The position numbers and the translations under genes were made by a program. Shown here piece by piece: positions 50,733 to 64,000 of a DNA stretch of 64,000 nucleotides. The notes beneath the pieces are model-generated. The model did no database searches. It was not told the origin of the DNA and saw nothing but the letters and a program-made list of their open reading frames with translations. Each line of letters starts with the position of its first letter. The stretch's first letter is position 1. This stretch comes from Octopus vulgaris (Eukaryota), in NCBI GenBank assembly GCA_951406725.2, contig OX597839.1, forward strand, positions 28,582,001-28,646,000, written 5' to 3'.

Positions 50733-53195
50733 AGACAGAAGGAAAAAAAACACAGAATGAAAAGGGAAAATTTAAATCAAGGGTCTGAAGCAGTGGCCCA
50801 CCAACAAAATTTGTTAAGGGGATGCAAACCCAGGTCCTAATTTTTTTATGAAAAATGTGGATTTTTCCAATGTTAACATTAAAACAAAGAACATCCATCA
50901 CCACAAATGTAGCTCAACTGTTTCCAATTACCTTGGACAAGTCACATATTGCCGTGTCAAAAACTTGCTGTAAACTCCAAGCAGTGTCTGTCTCCCAGTT
51001 TGTAATTACTGGTGTTCCAGTGGTTAGAGTGTCAGGCTCACAATCATGAGGTAGTGAGTTTGATTTCCAGACCAGTCTGTGTGTTGTATTCTTGATTTCA
51101 CATTGCTCCCTTTTGCTTCAGCCGTAGAAATGAGCTGTGACATCACTGGTGCCAAGCTGTATCAGCCCCTTTGCCTTTCCCTTGGATAACATTAGTGGTG
51201 TGGAGAAACAAGGCTGATACGCATGAGTGGTCGCTGGTCTTCCATAAACAGCTTTGCCTGAACTTGGGCCTCGGAGGGGAATTTTTCAATGTGCAATCCC
51301 ATGGTCATTCATGACGGAAGGGAGTCTTTACTTTTATATACACTGGTATGCATGGGCAACTGCTAGTCTTCCATTAACAATTTTGCCTGGACTTGTACCT
51401 TGGAGGGTAACTTTCTAGGTGCAATCCCATGGTCATTCATGACTGAAGGTGGGGGCTTTACCCTTTATCCTTTACCCTTTTACTCTTATCTATAAAAGGG
51501 CAATGCAATTTTGTCTTTATGTGCAACAATAATATCTTCTGTTAAACCTTCACAGGTGTTGTTCAGTCCCTTCTTCCTGCAGCCCCAACTGAACCGGTTC
51601 CCATCACAGAACCACCGATGACCCATCAACCCAAGCAACACTGGCAACAATTGGACAATTTGGTTTGGATCCAATGGATCCAAGAACTGTGTTGTACTTG
51701 AGTGTCAACTCTGACATGGTTTCTTTGGCTAGAGGCCCTTCCTAATACCAACCACTTTACAGTGGGTACAGGGTACTCTTTTTGTGTCACTAGCATTAGT
51801 AGGGTCACTATGCTGCTTGCAGAACAAGTAAAGCGAAAAGGGAAAGGTCCTTTCAACTAAGGTTGAGAAGGTGGAGAGATGATTTTTATGCCAGGGACAA
51901 GCAGAGGTGCTATAGAGAAGTTACACATTTACCAGAGCTGCCTTAACAGCATTTTGGCCCTTGGGTAAATCAATGCTCAGGGCCCTTTAGTATATATTTC
52001 ATATTCAAAAAATTCACAAGACAAATTCTCTGGCAGAAACTTTGCCACAGATTCACCATATGAACAATGATAAAGTGTATTATTTCAGCCTTTTTTAAAA
52101 TTGTAGTGTGATGGATGAAGAGGACGGAGAAGATGAAGAAGCAACGGGAGAAAGAAATACAAACAGGTCTGACCTCGGCGAAGATCAGAGGTCGGTCTCT
52201 TACAAAGTCGACACGTCCTGTCGCTTCCACGTCTATGCTCAAACTGCCCGCTTCGTCGATGACCACACGTGTGTCCCGCTTGACCGCTTCCGCTTCCTGC
52301 CACACATGCACCCTGCAGTCTTCCACCAGCCCCTGCAAGCCCTACTTCTGCCCACCTCATCTGTCATCCTCTCCACCAGCACCACAAGGCTCATCACCTC
52401 CCATAACACCGACTGCCAACACCACAAAAATAAAACAAAAGAATGATAAAAAGTTTTATAAAAGTCTTCAATTGGCAAATCTTTATTCAACATCAAACAT
52501 TACAAAAATGTGATGAAGTCATTTAAACCAAATCTCTTGCGGCAGATTTTCCTACAGCAAAATTGTTTCTGGCAAAATTTCCTATTGCTGACAACAAACC
52601 AAAGCTTAAACAGAACATCATCGTCGTCATTTACTGTCCGTTGTCCATGCTGGCATGGGTTGGACAGTTTGATCAGGGCTGGTAAGCTGAGAGACTGCAC
52701 CAGACTCCAGTCTGATTTGGCAGGGTTCATTAATATCTGTCATCACATCAGTGTCTGCCATTACTATGATTTCACTTGGGTTTCATGGGTCTTCTTCTCA
52801 AGCACAACATATTGTCAAAGATCTCAGTCATTTGTCATTGCCTCTGAGAAGCCCAATGTTCAAAGGGTGCTTTTTATATGCCACTGGTATGGGTCCCCAG
52901 TTCTACACAACATCCAACTCTAACTTCTTTGATGTTATCACTTAACCCTTTTGTTACCATATTTCTGTTGAGATGCTTTATGCTTCTTTCAATTCATTTT
53001 AAATTTAACAAAGAATTTAGTAAAATAACTTCGTTATCATTCAGCTAGTGTTAGGAACATAAATTGTGACCAAGGTTTGGTGGAAGATTTTAATTCAGAA
53101 CTTTTGAAAACAAGAAATTTGTACTACAGAGCCAAAGGTGATTTCAGCCAGTTTTAATAATAAAGTATATATATACATACATGTGTGCGTGTGTG

Positions 53196-54560
53196 TGTGC
53201 TATTATTTCAGGTAGACATCTTTTATGTGAATTATTCACTGTTCCTGCATTATGGTCTTCTGCAGCATCAACAGCAGTGGAAGTGCAATGGCCCAATGAT
53301 TAGGGCAGCGGACTCGCGGTCGGAGGATTGTGGTTTCAATTCCCAGACTGGGCGTTAAGTGTATTTATTGAGCGAAAACACCTAAAGCTCCACAAGGCTC
53401 TGGCAGGGGAGGGGGTGGCGACCCCTGTTGTACTCTTGCTCTCCAACTTTCTCTCACTTTCTTCCTGTTTCTTGTCTCCGACTTCCTACGCAACCGCTGA
53501 GCCTGGATGCGCATTCATCCATCCGTCGATGCTCTCGGTGAGTCGGGGGTTGACCTGCTTTCTCTTCTGCAGGTCTTACGAATAGCAAAGGACCACGTTT
53601 CGGACTTCTCCCACGAAGACCGCTTTGTTCAACAGCAGCAACAGCATCAGCATATAGATGAGCAAACTGCTGTAATCAACTTGTCCAGGAACTCTGAAGG
53701 AATATGGTTTGAAAGAAATTATTTGGAAGTGACATTAGGGATTTGAAGTCTTGGGGCCGATAACTGCTTCAATAACTGCTTCCTTTATGACAGCAGTTAT
53801 TGCAGGTACATGACTTAGTGGTTAGGGTAGTCGGCTTGTGATTGTAAGATCATGAGTTCAATTCTTCAGTAAGACACTTTATTTCAAGTTGCTCGTTTAC
53901 TCAGCTGGCAAAAATTACTCGTACCTGTAATTCATAAGGGACCAGTGTTGCCACATTCTGCATCACACTGAATCTCCCTCAGAACTACATTAAAGGTACA
54001 CATATCCGCGGAGTACTCAGCCACTTGCAAGTTAATTTCACAAGTAGGCTGTTCCATCGACCGAATTAACTGGAACACTCATTGCTGTAATGGACACGGT
54101 ACCAGTTTTTTTTATCAGTCATTGAAGTAGCCATCAGAAAGCTGTTCACGTACATAAGTGCTTCGCTGTGCAAAACTGACCCAGGATATTTATATCTCCA
54201 CAACAATATCATTCAACATTTCCCGCATTGTATCTTCAATTACAAACTCTTTCTATGTCAAGTGGTTCCCATTCTGTCAGCATTACACTATCTTTTCTGT
54301 TCTGCAGATTTTCATCCACTCACTTTAATTGTTCTTGTTTTCTATGCTTCATAGCATCTCTCCTAGCCCTTCATTTTCATTTAAGCATCTCAGAGCTATG
54401 CTGTCTCTCTGGCTTGAGCGCTTTCCTCTTCTCTGTCTGCTTTTCCGATTCATTTAACCAACGCTCACAATTTGCTTTCTGTTTCGCTTCCAATTGTTCT
54501 TCACCGAAATTAGATCTTTGGGTTCTTTGTTCTCCTCTTGGCTTTTTTCTTTTCAAACAC
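53196..54560 (-). pseudogene. Degenerate Helitron Rep/helicase N-terminal remnant split by SINE insertions
   Basis: In order on the minus strand: charged KRKKPR..EEQLEAKQK..ESEKQTEKRK segment, NNCCHKG (about 53782-53802), PYSFRVPGQV and FAHLYAD (about 53645-53707), DAAE..NNSHKRCLPEII (about 53200-53270). These resemble the Helitron motifs CC..GKV, PY.FRIHGQ and YAQLYI.D. Confidence 0.65.
53279..53628 (+). mobile_element. SINE family A head, tail type 3
   Basis: Shared head and unrelated 3' part. Flanking duplication tcaacagcag. Confidence 0.8.
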
Positions 54561-54786
54561 TGATTCCACGTTCTATCATGCGACAATGATATGTTAGTAA
54601 TAAAGTAAACATGCACTCATACATACATACATACATACATACACACACACATACATACATACATACATACACACATACATACACACATACATACATACAT
54701 ACATACATACATACATACACATACACACATACATACATGCATACATACATACACACACATACATACATACATATACATACATACAT

Positions 54787-54848
<62 letters not shown>

Positions 54849-54958
54849 GAAGCTTGAGAACAATCAGATACATTTGCAACACATCTGTTGAAAATATTAT
54901 TGTTCACACACATACATATACATACATACATACAGACAGACAGACAGACAGATAGACA

Positions 54959-54992
<34 letters not shown>

Positions 54993-55139
54993 ATCCAGCA
55001 TGGCCACAACCTCAAGGCTGAAACATATAAAAGAATAACAGAATATATATGTGTGTGCGTGTGTGTGAGAGAGAGAGTGTGTGTGAGAGAGAGAGAGAGT
55101 GTGTGTGTATATGTATGTATGTATATATATATATAATAA

Positions 55140-55725
55140 TGCGTTTTTTTCAACAGCTTGAACTAAAAGTCAGAGGGGAATGGGATAAACTACTTATATT
55201 AACTTGCTATAAAAGCAGGTAGTAATTTTATCTTGTCCTTATTCTTAGTGCAAGTTTTGAAGAGTGCATTTCGATTTTAACAGCTATTTTTTTCAAAGCT
55301 ATAATGGAAGTAACAAAGGAGCATATTTGGCATATTTTGCTTTATGAGTTCAATAAAGACAACAACGCAATGGAAAGTACAAGAAATATTAATGCAGTAT
55401 ATGGGGATTGGACAATAAGCGTAAGGCAGTGTCAATGGTGGTTCCAGAAATTCTGAGCCATAAACTACAGCCTACAAGAGGAGCTCAACCTGGAAGATCT
55501 GTAGAACTCGACAAGGACATCCTGAAAACCCTGGTGGAACAAAATCTCATCGTAACTGTTGAGGAACTAGCAGAGAAGCTTGGATTTGGTCATTCAACCA
55601 TTCATTGAGACCTGTGCGCTATCGGAAAAGTCAGCAAATTGGGTCAATGGGTTCCTCACGAACTTTCCGAGTCTAATTGCATGCAGAGAGTGAATGTGTG
55701 CTTTTCTTTGCTGTCACATCTCACC
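55140..55725 (+). pseudogene. 5' half of a Mos1/SETMAR-type mariner transposase pseudogene
   Basis: From ATG 55304: MEVTKEHIWHILLYEFNKDNNA..NINAVYG..QCQWWFQKF*..GRSVELDKDILKTLVEQN..TVEELAEKLG..HSTIH*..GKVSKLGQWVPHEL. WVPHEL is a diagnostic mariner motif. Confidence 0.9.
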
Positions 55726-56007
55726 AGTCCTGCGCTATCATCATCATCATCATCATCGTTTAGCTATGTATATATATATATATATAAATTATTAAGGTGA
55801 CTATTTGCAATTTAGAACTGATAAGCAACAAGTACAGTTGTCGTTAAAGTGACGGAGGGCACTAGCAAACACCAGCATTGCTAGAGAGCTTGTCTCGCTT
55901 GTTAGCCTTCAGAAAAGTGCTCAGATGGCTAAGAGTTGCCTTGACTCTCATTTCTAGCAATGCTAATGCTTACTAACACCTTCTGTCAATTTAGTGATGA
56001 CTGTACT

Positions 56008-56299
56008 CAGTGGCAGTCTGACCGAGTTGCCAGCTTGCTCGATGGCAAGTGGGCCCCTGTGCCATTAGAATCTATATATGGGGGCCCGTATTAGTATCTA
56101 AGGGGCCTATCCACTCAAGTTTGATAATTTTTTATTCACTCCTGGAAGAATGCATTAATTATTTCAGTCTGGCTGTGTTTGTAAACAATTGAAAAGAATA
56201 CCTTTAACAAAAAAAAACAAAATTAAATGATAGCATTGTAGTTGCACGGGCCCCCTTAGTCTCCTAGCAACCAATATTTTTGGACCCAGTGCGCCACTA
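56008..56299. mobile_element. hAT-type MITE with 8-bp TSD
   Basis: ACTGTACT|CAGTGGC ... GCCACTA|ACTGTACT, with GGGCCCC subterminal motifs. Confidence 0.75.
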
Positions 56300-56407
56300 A
56301 CTGTACTTGTTGCCTCTCAGTGGACAGTAGTCGTTTGTATGTACTAACTGTTCTTAGTGCCTTTACAACTTCTATTTTTCCTGTATAAAGATGTCTGTGT
56401 GTGTGTG

Positions 56408-56863
56408 TATGAGGGGTGCAGAAAGGTTCTTGGCTTTAAGGGTCTCTCGAAAGGTGTTGTTGGAAGCCCAGCCTCATGAGTTATTTTACAGGGCTTAGAA
56501 AAACTGAAGGATTGCTGCAATAAGTGTGTGAATGTGAGAAGGGGTTATGTTGAATAAAATCATAATTAACTGATCCTTCTGTATTTTCTCTTACCCAAAG
56601 TCAGAAACTTCTCGGCATTCCCTCTTGCATGCATACACACACCCGTGCACACATGAGGGGGTGCTGAAATGTTCCTGACTTTAAGGGTATTACGAAAGGC
56701 CTGGTTAGATGCCCAACATTCTGAGTTCTTTCACGGGTCTTAGAAAAACTGAAGGACCCCTGCAATAAGTGTGTGAAACGGAGAGGGGAATAAAATAATT
56801 ATAAACTGATCCTCCTGTATTTTCTTTTACCCAAAGCCTCGAACTTTTCAGCATTCCCTCGTA
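56408..56863 (+). mobile_element. Two tandem copies of the mariner-derived MITE
   Basis: Both copies align to 5945-6167. Confidence 0.85.
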
Positions 56864-56887
56864 TATATTTAGACATTTATATAGTGT

Positions 56888-59800
56888 TCATCATTTAATG
56901 TCGTCTGCTCCTTTCATTTAATGTCGTCTGCTCCTTTCATTTAATATCGTCTGCTCCTTTCATTTAATGTCGTCTTGTCCTTTCATTTAATGTCGTCTTG
57001 TCCTTTCATTTAATGTCGTCTGCTCCTTTCATTTAATATCGTCTGCTCCTTTCATTTAATGTCGTCTTGTCCTTTCATTTAATGTCGTCTGCTCCTTTCA
57101 TTTAATCTCGTCTGCTCCTTTCATTTAATCTCGTCTGCTCCTTTCATTCAATGCCGTCTGCTCCTTTCATTCAAAGTCGTCTGCTCCTTTCATTTAATGT
57201 CGTCTGCTCCTTTCATTCAAAGTCGTCTGCTCCTATAATTTAATGTCGTCTGCTCCTTTCATTTAATATCGTCTGCTCCTTTCATTCAATGTCGTCTGCT
57301 CCTATAATTTAATGTCGTCTGCTCCTTTCATTTAATATCGTCTGCTCCTTTCATTCAAAGTCGTCTGCTCATTTCATTTAATGTCGTCTGCTCCTTTCAT
57401 TCAAAGTCGTCTGCTCCTTTCATTTAATGTCGTCTGCTTCTTTCATTCAAAGTCGTCTGCTCCTTTCATTTAATGTCGTCTGCTCTCTTTATTTAATACC
57501 GTCTACTCCTATAATTTAATGTCGTCTGCTCCTTTCATTTAATATCGTCTGCTCCTTTCATTCAATGTCGTCTGCTCCTTTCATTTAATGTCGTCTGCTC
57601 ATTTCATTTAATGTCGTCTGCTCCTTTCATTTAATATCGTCTGCTCCTTTCATTCAATGTCGTCTGCTCCTATAATTTAATGTCGTCTGCTCCTTTCATT
57701 TAATATCGTCTGCTCCTTTCATTCAAAGTCGTCTGCTCATTTCATTTAATGTCGTCTGCTCCTTTCATTCAAAGTCGTCTGCTCCTTTCATTTAATGTCG
57801 TCTGCTTCTTTCATTCAAAGTCGTCTGCTCCTTTCATTTAATGTCGTCTGCTCCCTTTATTTAATACCGTCTACTCCTATAATTTAATGTCGTCTGCTCC
57901 TTTCATTTAATATCGTCTGCTCCTTTCATTCAATGTCGTCTGCTCCTTTCATTTAATGTCGTCTGCTCCTTTCATTTAATGTCGTCTGCTCCTATAATTT
58001 AACGTTGTCTGCTCCTTTCATTTAATGTCGTCTGCTCCTTTCATTCAAAGTCGTCTGCTCCTTTCATTTAATGTCGTCTGCTCCCTTTATTTAATGTCGT
58101 CTGCTCCCTTTATTTAATACCGTCTACTCCTATAATTTAATGTCGTCTGCTCCTTTCATTTAATATCGTCTGCTCCTTTCATTCAATGTCGTCTGCTCCT
58201 TTCATTTAATGTCGTCTGCTCCTTTCATTTAATGTCGTCTGCTCCTTTCATTTAATATCGTCTGCTCCTTTCATTTAATGTCGTCTTGTCCTTTCATTTA
58301 ATGTCGTCTGCTCCTTTCATTTAATATCGTCTGCTCCTTTCATTTAATGTCGTCTTGTCCTTTCATTTAATGTCATCTGCTCCTTTCATTCAATGTCGTC
58401 TACTCCTTTCATTTAATATCGTCTGCTCCTTTCATTTAATCTCGTCTGCTCCTTTCATTTAATCTCGTCTGCTCCTTTCATTCAATGCCGTCTGCTCCTT
58501 TCATTCATTTAATGTCGTCTGCTCCTTTCATTTAATGTCGTCTGCTCCTTTCATTCAAAGTCGTCTGCTCCTATAATTTAATGTCGTCTGCTCCTTTCAT
58601 TTAATATCGTCTGCTCCTTTCATTCAATGTCGTCTGCTCCTTTCATTTAATGTCGTCTGCTCCTTTCATTTAATATCGTCTGCTCCTTTCATTCAAAGTC
58701 GTCTGCTCATTTCATTTAATGTCGTCTGCTCCTTTCATTCAATGTCGTCTGCTCCTTTCATTTAATGTCGTCTGCTTCTTTCATTCAAAGTCGTCTGCTC
58801 CTTTCATTTAATGTCGTCTGCTCTCTTTATTTAATACCGTCTACTCCTTTCAATTCAATGTCGTCTGCTCCTTTCATTTAATATCGTCTGCTCCTTTCAT
58901 TCAATGTCGTCTGCTCCTTTCATTTAATGTCGTCTGCTCATTTCATTTAATGTCGTCTGCTCCTTTCATTTAATATCGTCTGCTCCTTTCATTCAATGTC
59001 AATCTGCTCCTATAATTTAATGTCGTCTGCTCCTTTCATTTAATATCGTCTGCTCCTTTCATTCAAAGTCGTCTGCTCATTTCATTTAATGTCGTCTGCT
59101 CCTTTCATTCAAAGTCGTCTGCTCCTTTCATTTAATGTCGTCTGCTTCTTTCATTCAAAGTCGTCTGCTCCTTTCATTTAATGTCGTCTGCTCCCTTTAT
59201 TTAATACCGTCTACTCCTATAATTTAATGTCGTCTGCTCCTTTCATTTAATATCGTCTGCTCCTTTCATTCAATGTCGTCTGCTCCTTTCATTTAATGTC
59301 GTCTGCTCCTTTCATTCAATGTCGTCTGCTCCTTTCATTTAATGTCGTCTGCTCCTTTCATTTAATGTCGTCTGCTCCTTTCATTTAATGTCGTCTGCTC
59401 CTTTCATTTAATGTCGTCTGCTCCTTTCATTTAATGTCGTCTGCTCCTTTCATTTAATGTCGTCTGCTCCTTTCATTTAATGTCGTCTGCTCCTTTCATT
59501 TAATGTCGTCTGCTCCTTTCATTTAATGTCGTCTGCTCCTTTCATTTAATGTCGTCTGCTCCTTTCATTTAATGTCGTCTGCTCCTTTCATTTAATGTCG
59601 TCTGCTCCTTTCATTTAATGTCGTCTGCTCCTTTCATTTAATGTCGTCTGCTCCTTTCATTTAATGTCGTCTGCTCCTTTCATTTAATGTCGTCTGCTCC
59701 TTTCATTTAATGTCGTCTGCTCCTTTCATTTAATGTCGTCTGCTCCTTTCATTTAATGTCGTCTGCTCCTTTCATTTAATGTCGTCTGCTCCTTTCATTT

Positions 59801-60375
59801 AATATCGTCTGCTCCTTTCATTTAATGTCGTCTGCTCCTATAATTTAATGTCGTCTGCTCCTTTCATTTAATGTCGTCTGCTCCTTTCATTTAGTGTCAT
59901 CTGCTCCTTTCATTTAATGTCGTCTACTCCTTTCATTTAATGTCGTCTGTTCCTTTCATTTAATATCGTCTGCTCCTTTCATTTAATGTCGTCTGCTCCT
60001 TTCATTTAATATCGTCTGCTCCTTTCATTTAATGTCGTCTGCTCCTATAATTTAATGTCGTCTGCTCCTTTCATTTAATATTGTCTGCTCCTTTCATTTA
60101 ATGTCGTCTGCTCCTTTCATTTAATATCGTCTGCTCCTTTCATTTAATGTCATCTGCTCCTTTCATTTAATGTCTATTTCTTTACTACCCTCAAGAGGCT
60201 GCTCCTTTCATTTAGAGGATCAAACAAACGGATTAAATCGATTATATCAACCCCAGTGCGTAACTAGTACTTATTTAATCGACCCCGAAAGGATGAAATG
60301 CAAAGTCGTCTGTTCCTTTCATTTAATATCGTCTGCTCCTATAATTTAATGCCATCTGCTCCTTTTATTTAATCA
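56888..60375. repeat. 23-bp tandem satellite, about 145 copies (CATTTAATGTCGTCTGCTCCTTT)
   Basis: Period 23 read directly (e.g. 59341 to 59364). Variant-rich 5' part, homogeneous core at about 59330-59790, SINE fragment at 60174-60308. Confidence 0.98.
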
Positions 60376-60707
60376 CATGATTGCCATTTTAAGCAATGTT
60401 CCTTTTTCTCTGTTTTTTTTTTTCTTTAATTTCCTTTTCTTTTGAATAATTTCTAAGTTTATTAAAATAAGGAAGTGAACACAGGAAAAGAAAGACAAAT
60501 AGAATTTTTAAAAGAAGCTGTTAATATAAGCAGGCGCAGGAGTTGCTGGATGGTAAATACCTTGCTTACCAACCAGATGGTTACAGGTTCAGTCCCCACT
60601 GCGTGGCACCTTGGGCAAGTGTCTTCTACTATAGCCTCAGGGCAACCAAAATCTTGTGAGTGGATTTGGTACATGGAAACTCAAAGAAGCCCGTTGTATA
60701 TATATAG

Positions 60708-60820
60708 GGAGAGTTTACGAAAAAAGCAAAAGACGAAGACAGGTGGTGTACAAAACAAACAGATGTATTAGTATAACGATCAGGAATAGAAAAAGTCTTT
60801 TACGTTCCGAGCCCATGCTC
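60708..60820 (-). mobile_element. Truncated Penelope-like terminal fragment inserted in the microsatellite of a SINE
   Basis: Similar to 13700-13800. Minus strand GAGC-ATGG-GCTC-GGAA-CG-TA-AAA is the 3' half of a hammerhead-like motif. Confidence 0.4.
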
Positions 60821-61409
60821 TGTGTGTGTGTGTGTGTCTGTGTGTTTGTGTGTGTCTGTGTGTTTGTGTGTGTCTGTGTGTTTGTGTGTGTCTGTGTGTT
60901 TGTGTGTGTCTGTGTTTGTTCCCCCAACATCGCTTGACAACCGATGCTGGTGTGTTTACCTCCCCGTAACTTAGCGGTTCAGCAAATGAGACGGATAGAA
61001 TAAGTCCTGGGGTCGATTTGCTCGACTAAAGGCGGTGCTCCAGCATGGCCACAGTCAATAGTAAAGAGTAAAAAAGAGTAAACTACTCACAATAACAATT
61101 TAATTCTGCAACTCACATTCTCTTTCGTTTCACATCATCACAGGTCATGTTGCGTATACGTGTGTGTGTGTGTGTGTGCGTGTGTGTGTGTGTGCGTGTG
61201 TGTGTGTGTGTATGTGCACGCGCGCACGTAAGTGTATGTGTATGTGTGTTTGTATGTGTGTGTATGTGTGGGGGTATGTGTATGCAATCGAGTCTGTGTG
61301 TATGTGTATGTATATGTGTATATGTGTGTATGAATGTGTCTATGTGTGTGTATGCACGTGTGTGTGAGCATATGTGTGTTTGTGTGTGCGCGTGCGTGTT
61401 TGTATTTGT

Positions 61410-61444
<35 letters not shown>

Positions 61445-61888
61445 CAAACTTCCATAATAATCCTTTACCTTTTCCTTTTCACATGTTTCGGGCATTAGAC
61501 TGTGGCCATGCTGGGGCACCACCTTCAGGAATTTTTTGACAAATCAATCAACCCCTGTACTTGTTTGTTTCTCTTAAACTCTAGCACCAATTCTATCTCT
61601 CCCTTTTGCTGAGCCGCTAGGTTGTGGGGATGTAAGCAAACCACACTACCAGTTGTCAAGCAGTGGTGAGGGGACAAAAACAAATACAAAAGCACAAGCA
61701 TAGATATATAGATGTGTGTGTGTGTGTGTGTGTGTGTTGAAAGGAGCTTCCTTCCCATGCAATGTAGAAGATACTTGCCCAAGATGCCACTGTATGGCTT
61801 CTTGGACAAGTGTCTTCAAATACAGCCCTAGATCCAAGCAATGCATTGTTAGGGAGCCTAGTAGATGGAAACTGAAAGAAGCCCATCA

Positions 61889-62880
<992 letters not shown>

Positions 62881-63198
62881 TCCCTAACTGCATAATATTT
62901 TCATTTGTGCTGTTAAATTACTTGATCCTTTCTGTTTTCCTCGCATACTGTTTTTCTCTGTTCTCTTGGTGCAGTACGGTGGATAAATTTAAGACTTTAG
63001 CTCTTATTTCTAGCAGGTGGATGCTTGTTAAGCATCCTTACACCTCGTACAAATTTATAATTCATAGCTATTTAATGCGATTGCGCCTGCGATCCACCCA
63101 TGTCTCTGCTGGTGATATCACCGATTTTAAAATTTATCCACAGATGATATGAACAGTAGTGACATCTGGTTTCAAATCTCAGGGTTTGAATGTTTTGC

Positions 63199-63254
<56 letters not shown>

Positions 63255-63314
63255 CCTCTGCTCAAGGATGACATGAAAATTCATAAAATGAATTTCTGTT
63301 GTTAGTGAAGATGC

Positions 63315-63690
63315 ATGGCTCAGTGGTTAGAGCGTCAGTGGTTAGAGCGTCAGTGGTTAGAGCGTCAGTGGTTAGAGCGTCAGTGGTTAGAGCGTCAGGC
63401 TCACAATCAAGAGGTTGTGAGTTTGATTCCTGGTTGTGTTCTTGAGCAAGACACTTTATTTCACGTTGCTCCAGTTCATTCAGCTGTAGAAATGAGTTTT
63501 GAAGTCACTGGTGCCAAGCTGTATTGGCCTTTTTCCTTGGATAACATTGTTGGCATGGAGAGAGGAAGCTGGCATGCATCAGTGACTGGTGGTTTTCCAT
63601 AAATAACTTTTCCTGGACTTGTGCTTTGGAGGAGAACTTTCTAGGTGCAATCCCATGGTCATTCATGACCGACAGGGGGGTTCTTTCTTT
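63315..63690 (+). mobile_element. SINE family E (other copies about 16835-17130 -, 20940-21290 -, 51015-51480 +)
   Basis: tRNA-like head tggctcagtggttagagcg...gagtttgattcc, and a shared body cttgagcaagacactttatttcacgttgctccagttc. Confidence 0.85.
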
Positions 63691-63704
63691 CTTTGTTTTA
63701 TATA

Positions 63705-63750
<46 letters not shown>

Positions 63751-63752
63751 CA

Positions 63753-63824
<72 letters not shown>

Positions 63825-63861
63825 ATCCCCCCACAAAAAAATGAAATACTAAAGAGTAAAT

Positions 63862-64000
63862 TTATTCAATCACCACTGGCTTCAACCATGGCCTCCAGAG
63901 GAATTGGGAATTTCCTGCAATTCTTCTGGATGGTCTCCTCGTTAAAGTTGGTGAATGCTGCCATAATCCTTGCCTTCAGTTCATCTTTGGTGTTACAGGG
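63862..64000 (-). pseudogene. C-terminal fragment of a Tc1/mariner-superfamily transposase
   Basis: Minus strand PCNTKDELKARIMAAFTNFNEETIQKNCRKFPIPLEAMVEASGD*, a typical Tc1/maT C-terminus. Cut by the window end. Confidence 0.75.

Noticed and set aside
56888-60375. CRISPR-like array
   Set aside because: The 23-bp units are contiguous with no unique spacers, there are no cas genes, and the context is eukaryotic. It is a satellite.

Overview
Eukaryotic, AT-rich and microsatellite-dense genomic DNA. The SINE/MITE repertoire looks like an octopus (coleoid cephalopod) genome; this is inferred from repeat style, not proven. The one well-supported gene is a minus-strand Rabaptin-5/RABEP1-like gene. 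Five coding exons (48291-48345, 14643-14780, 10881-11084, 7888-8014, 5732-5840) splice in frame through GT-AG sites into 211 aa of N-terminal coiled coil, and the gene continues beyond base 1. The rest is mostly transposable-element sequence: several tRNA-derived SINE families, mariner/Tc1 pseudogenes and MITEs, TTAA and hAT-type MITEs, Helitron remnants, RTE-LINE 3' ends, a 3.3-kb 23-bp satellite, a 21-bp minisatellite and long dinucleotide tracts. Almost all ORFs in the supplied track are repeat artefacts. The most notable signal is a set of minimal type I hammerhead-ribozyme-like motifs in Penelope-like fragments inside the RABEP1 introns, including a back-to-back palindromic pair with a non-canonical CCGANGA core.
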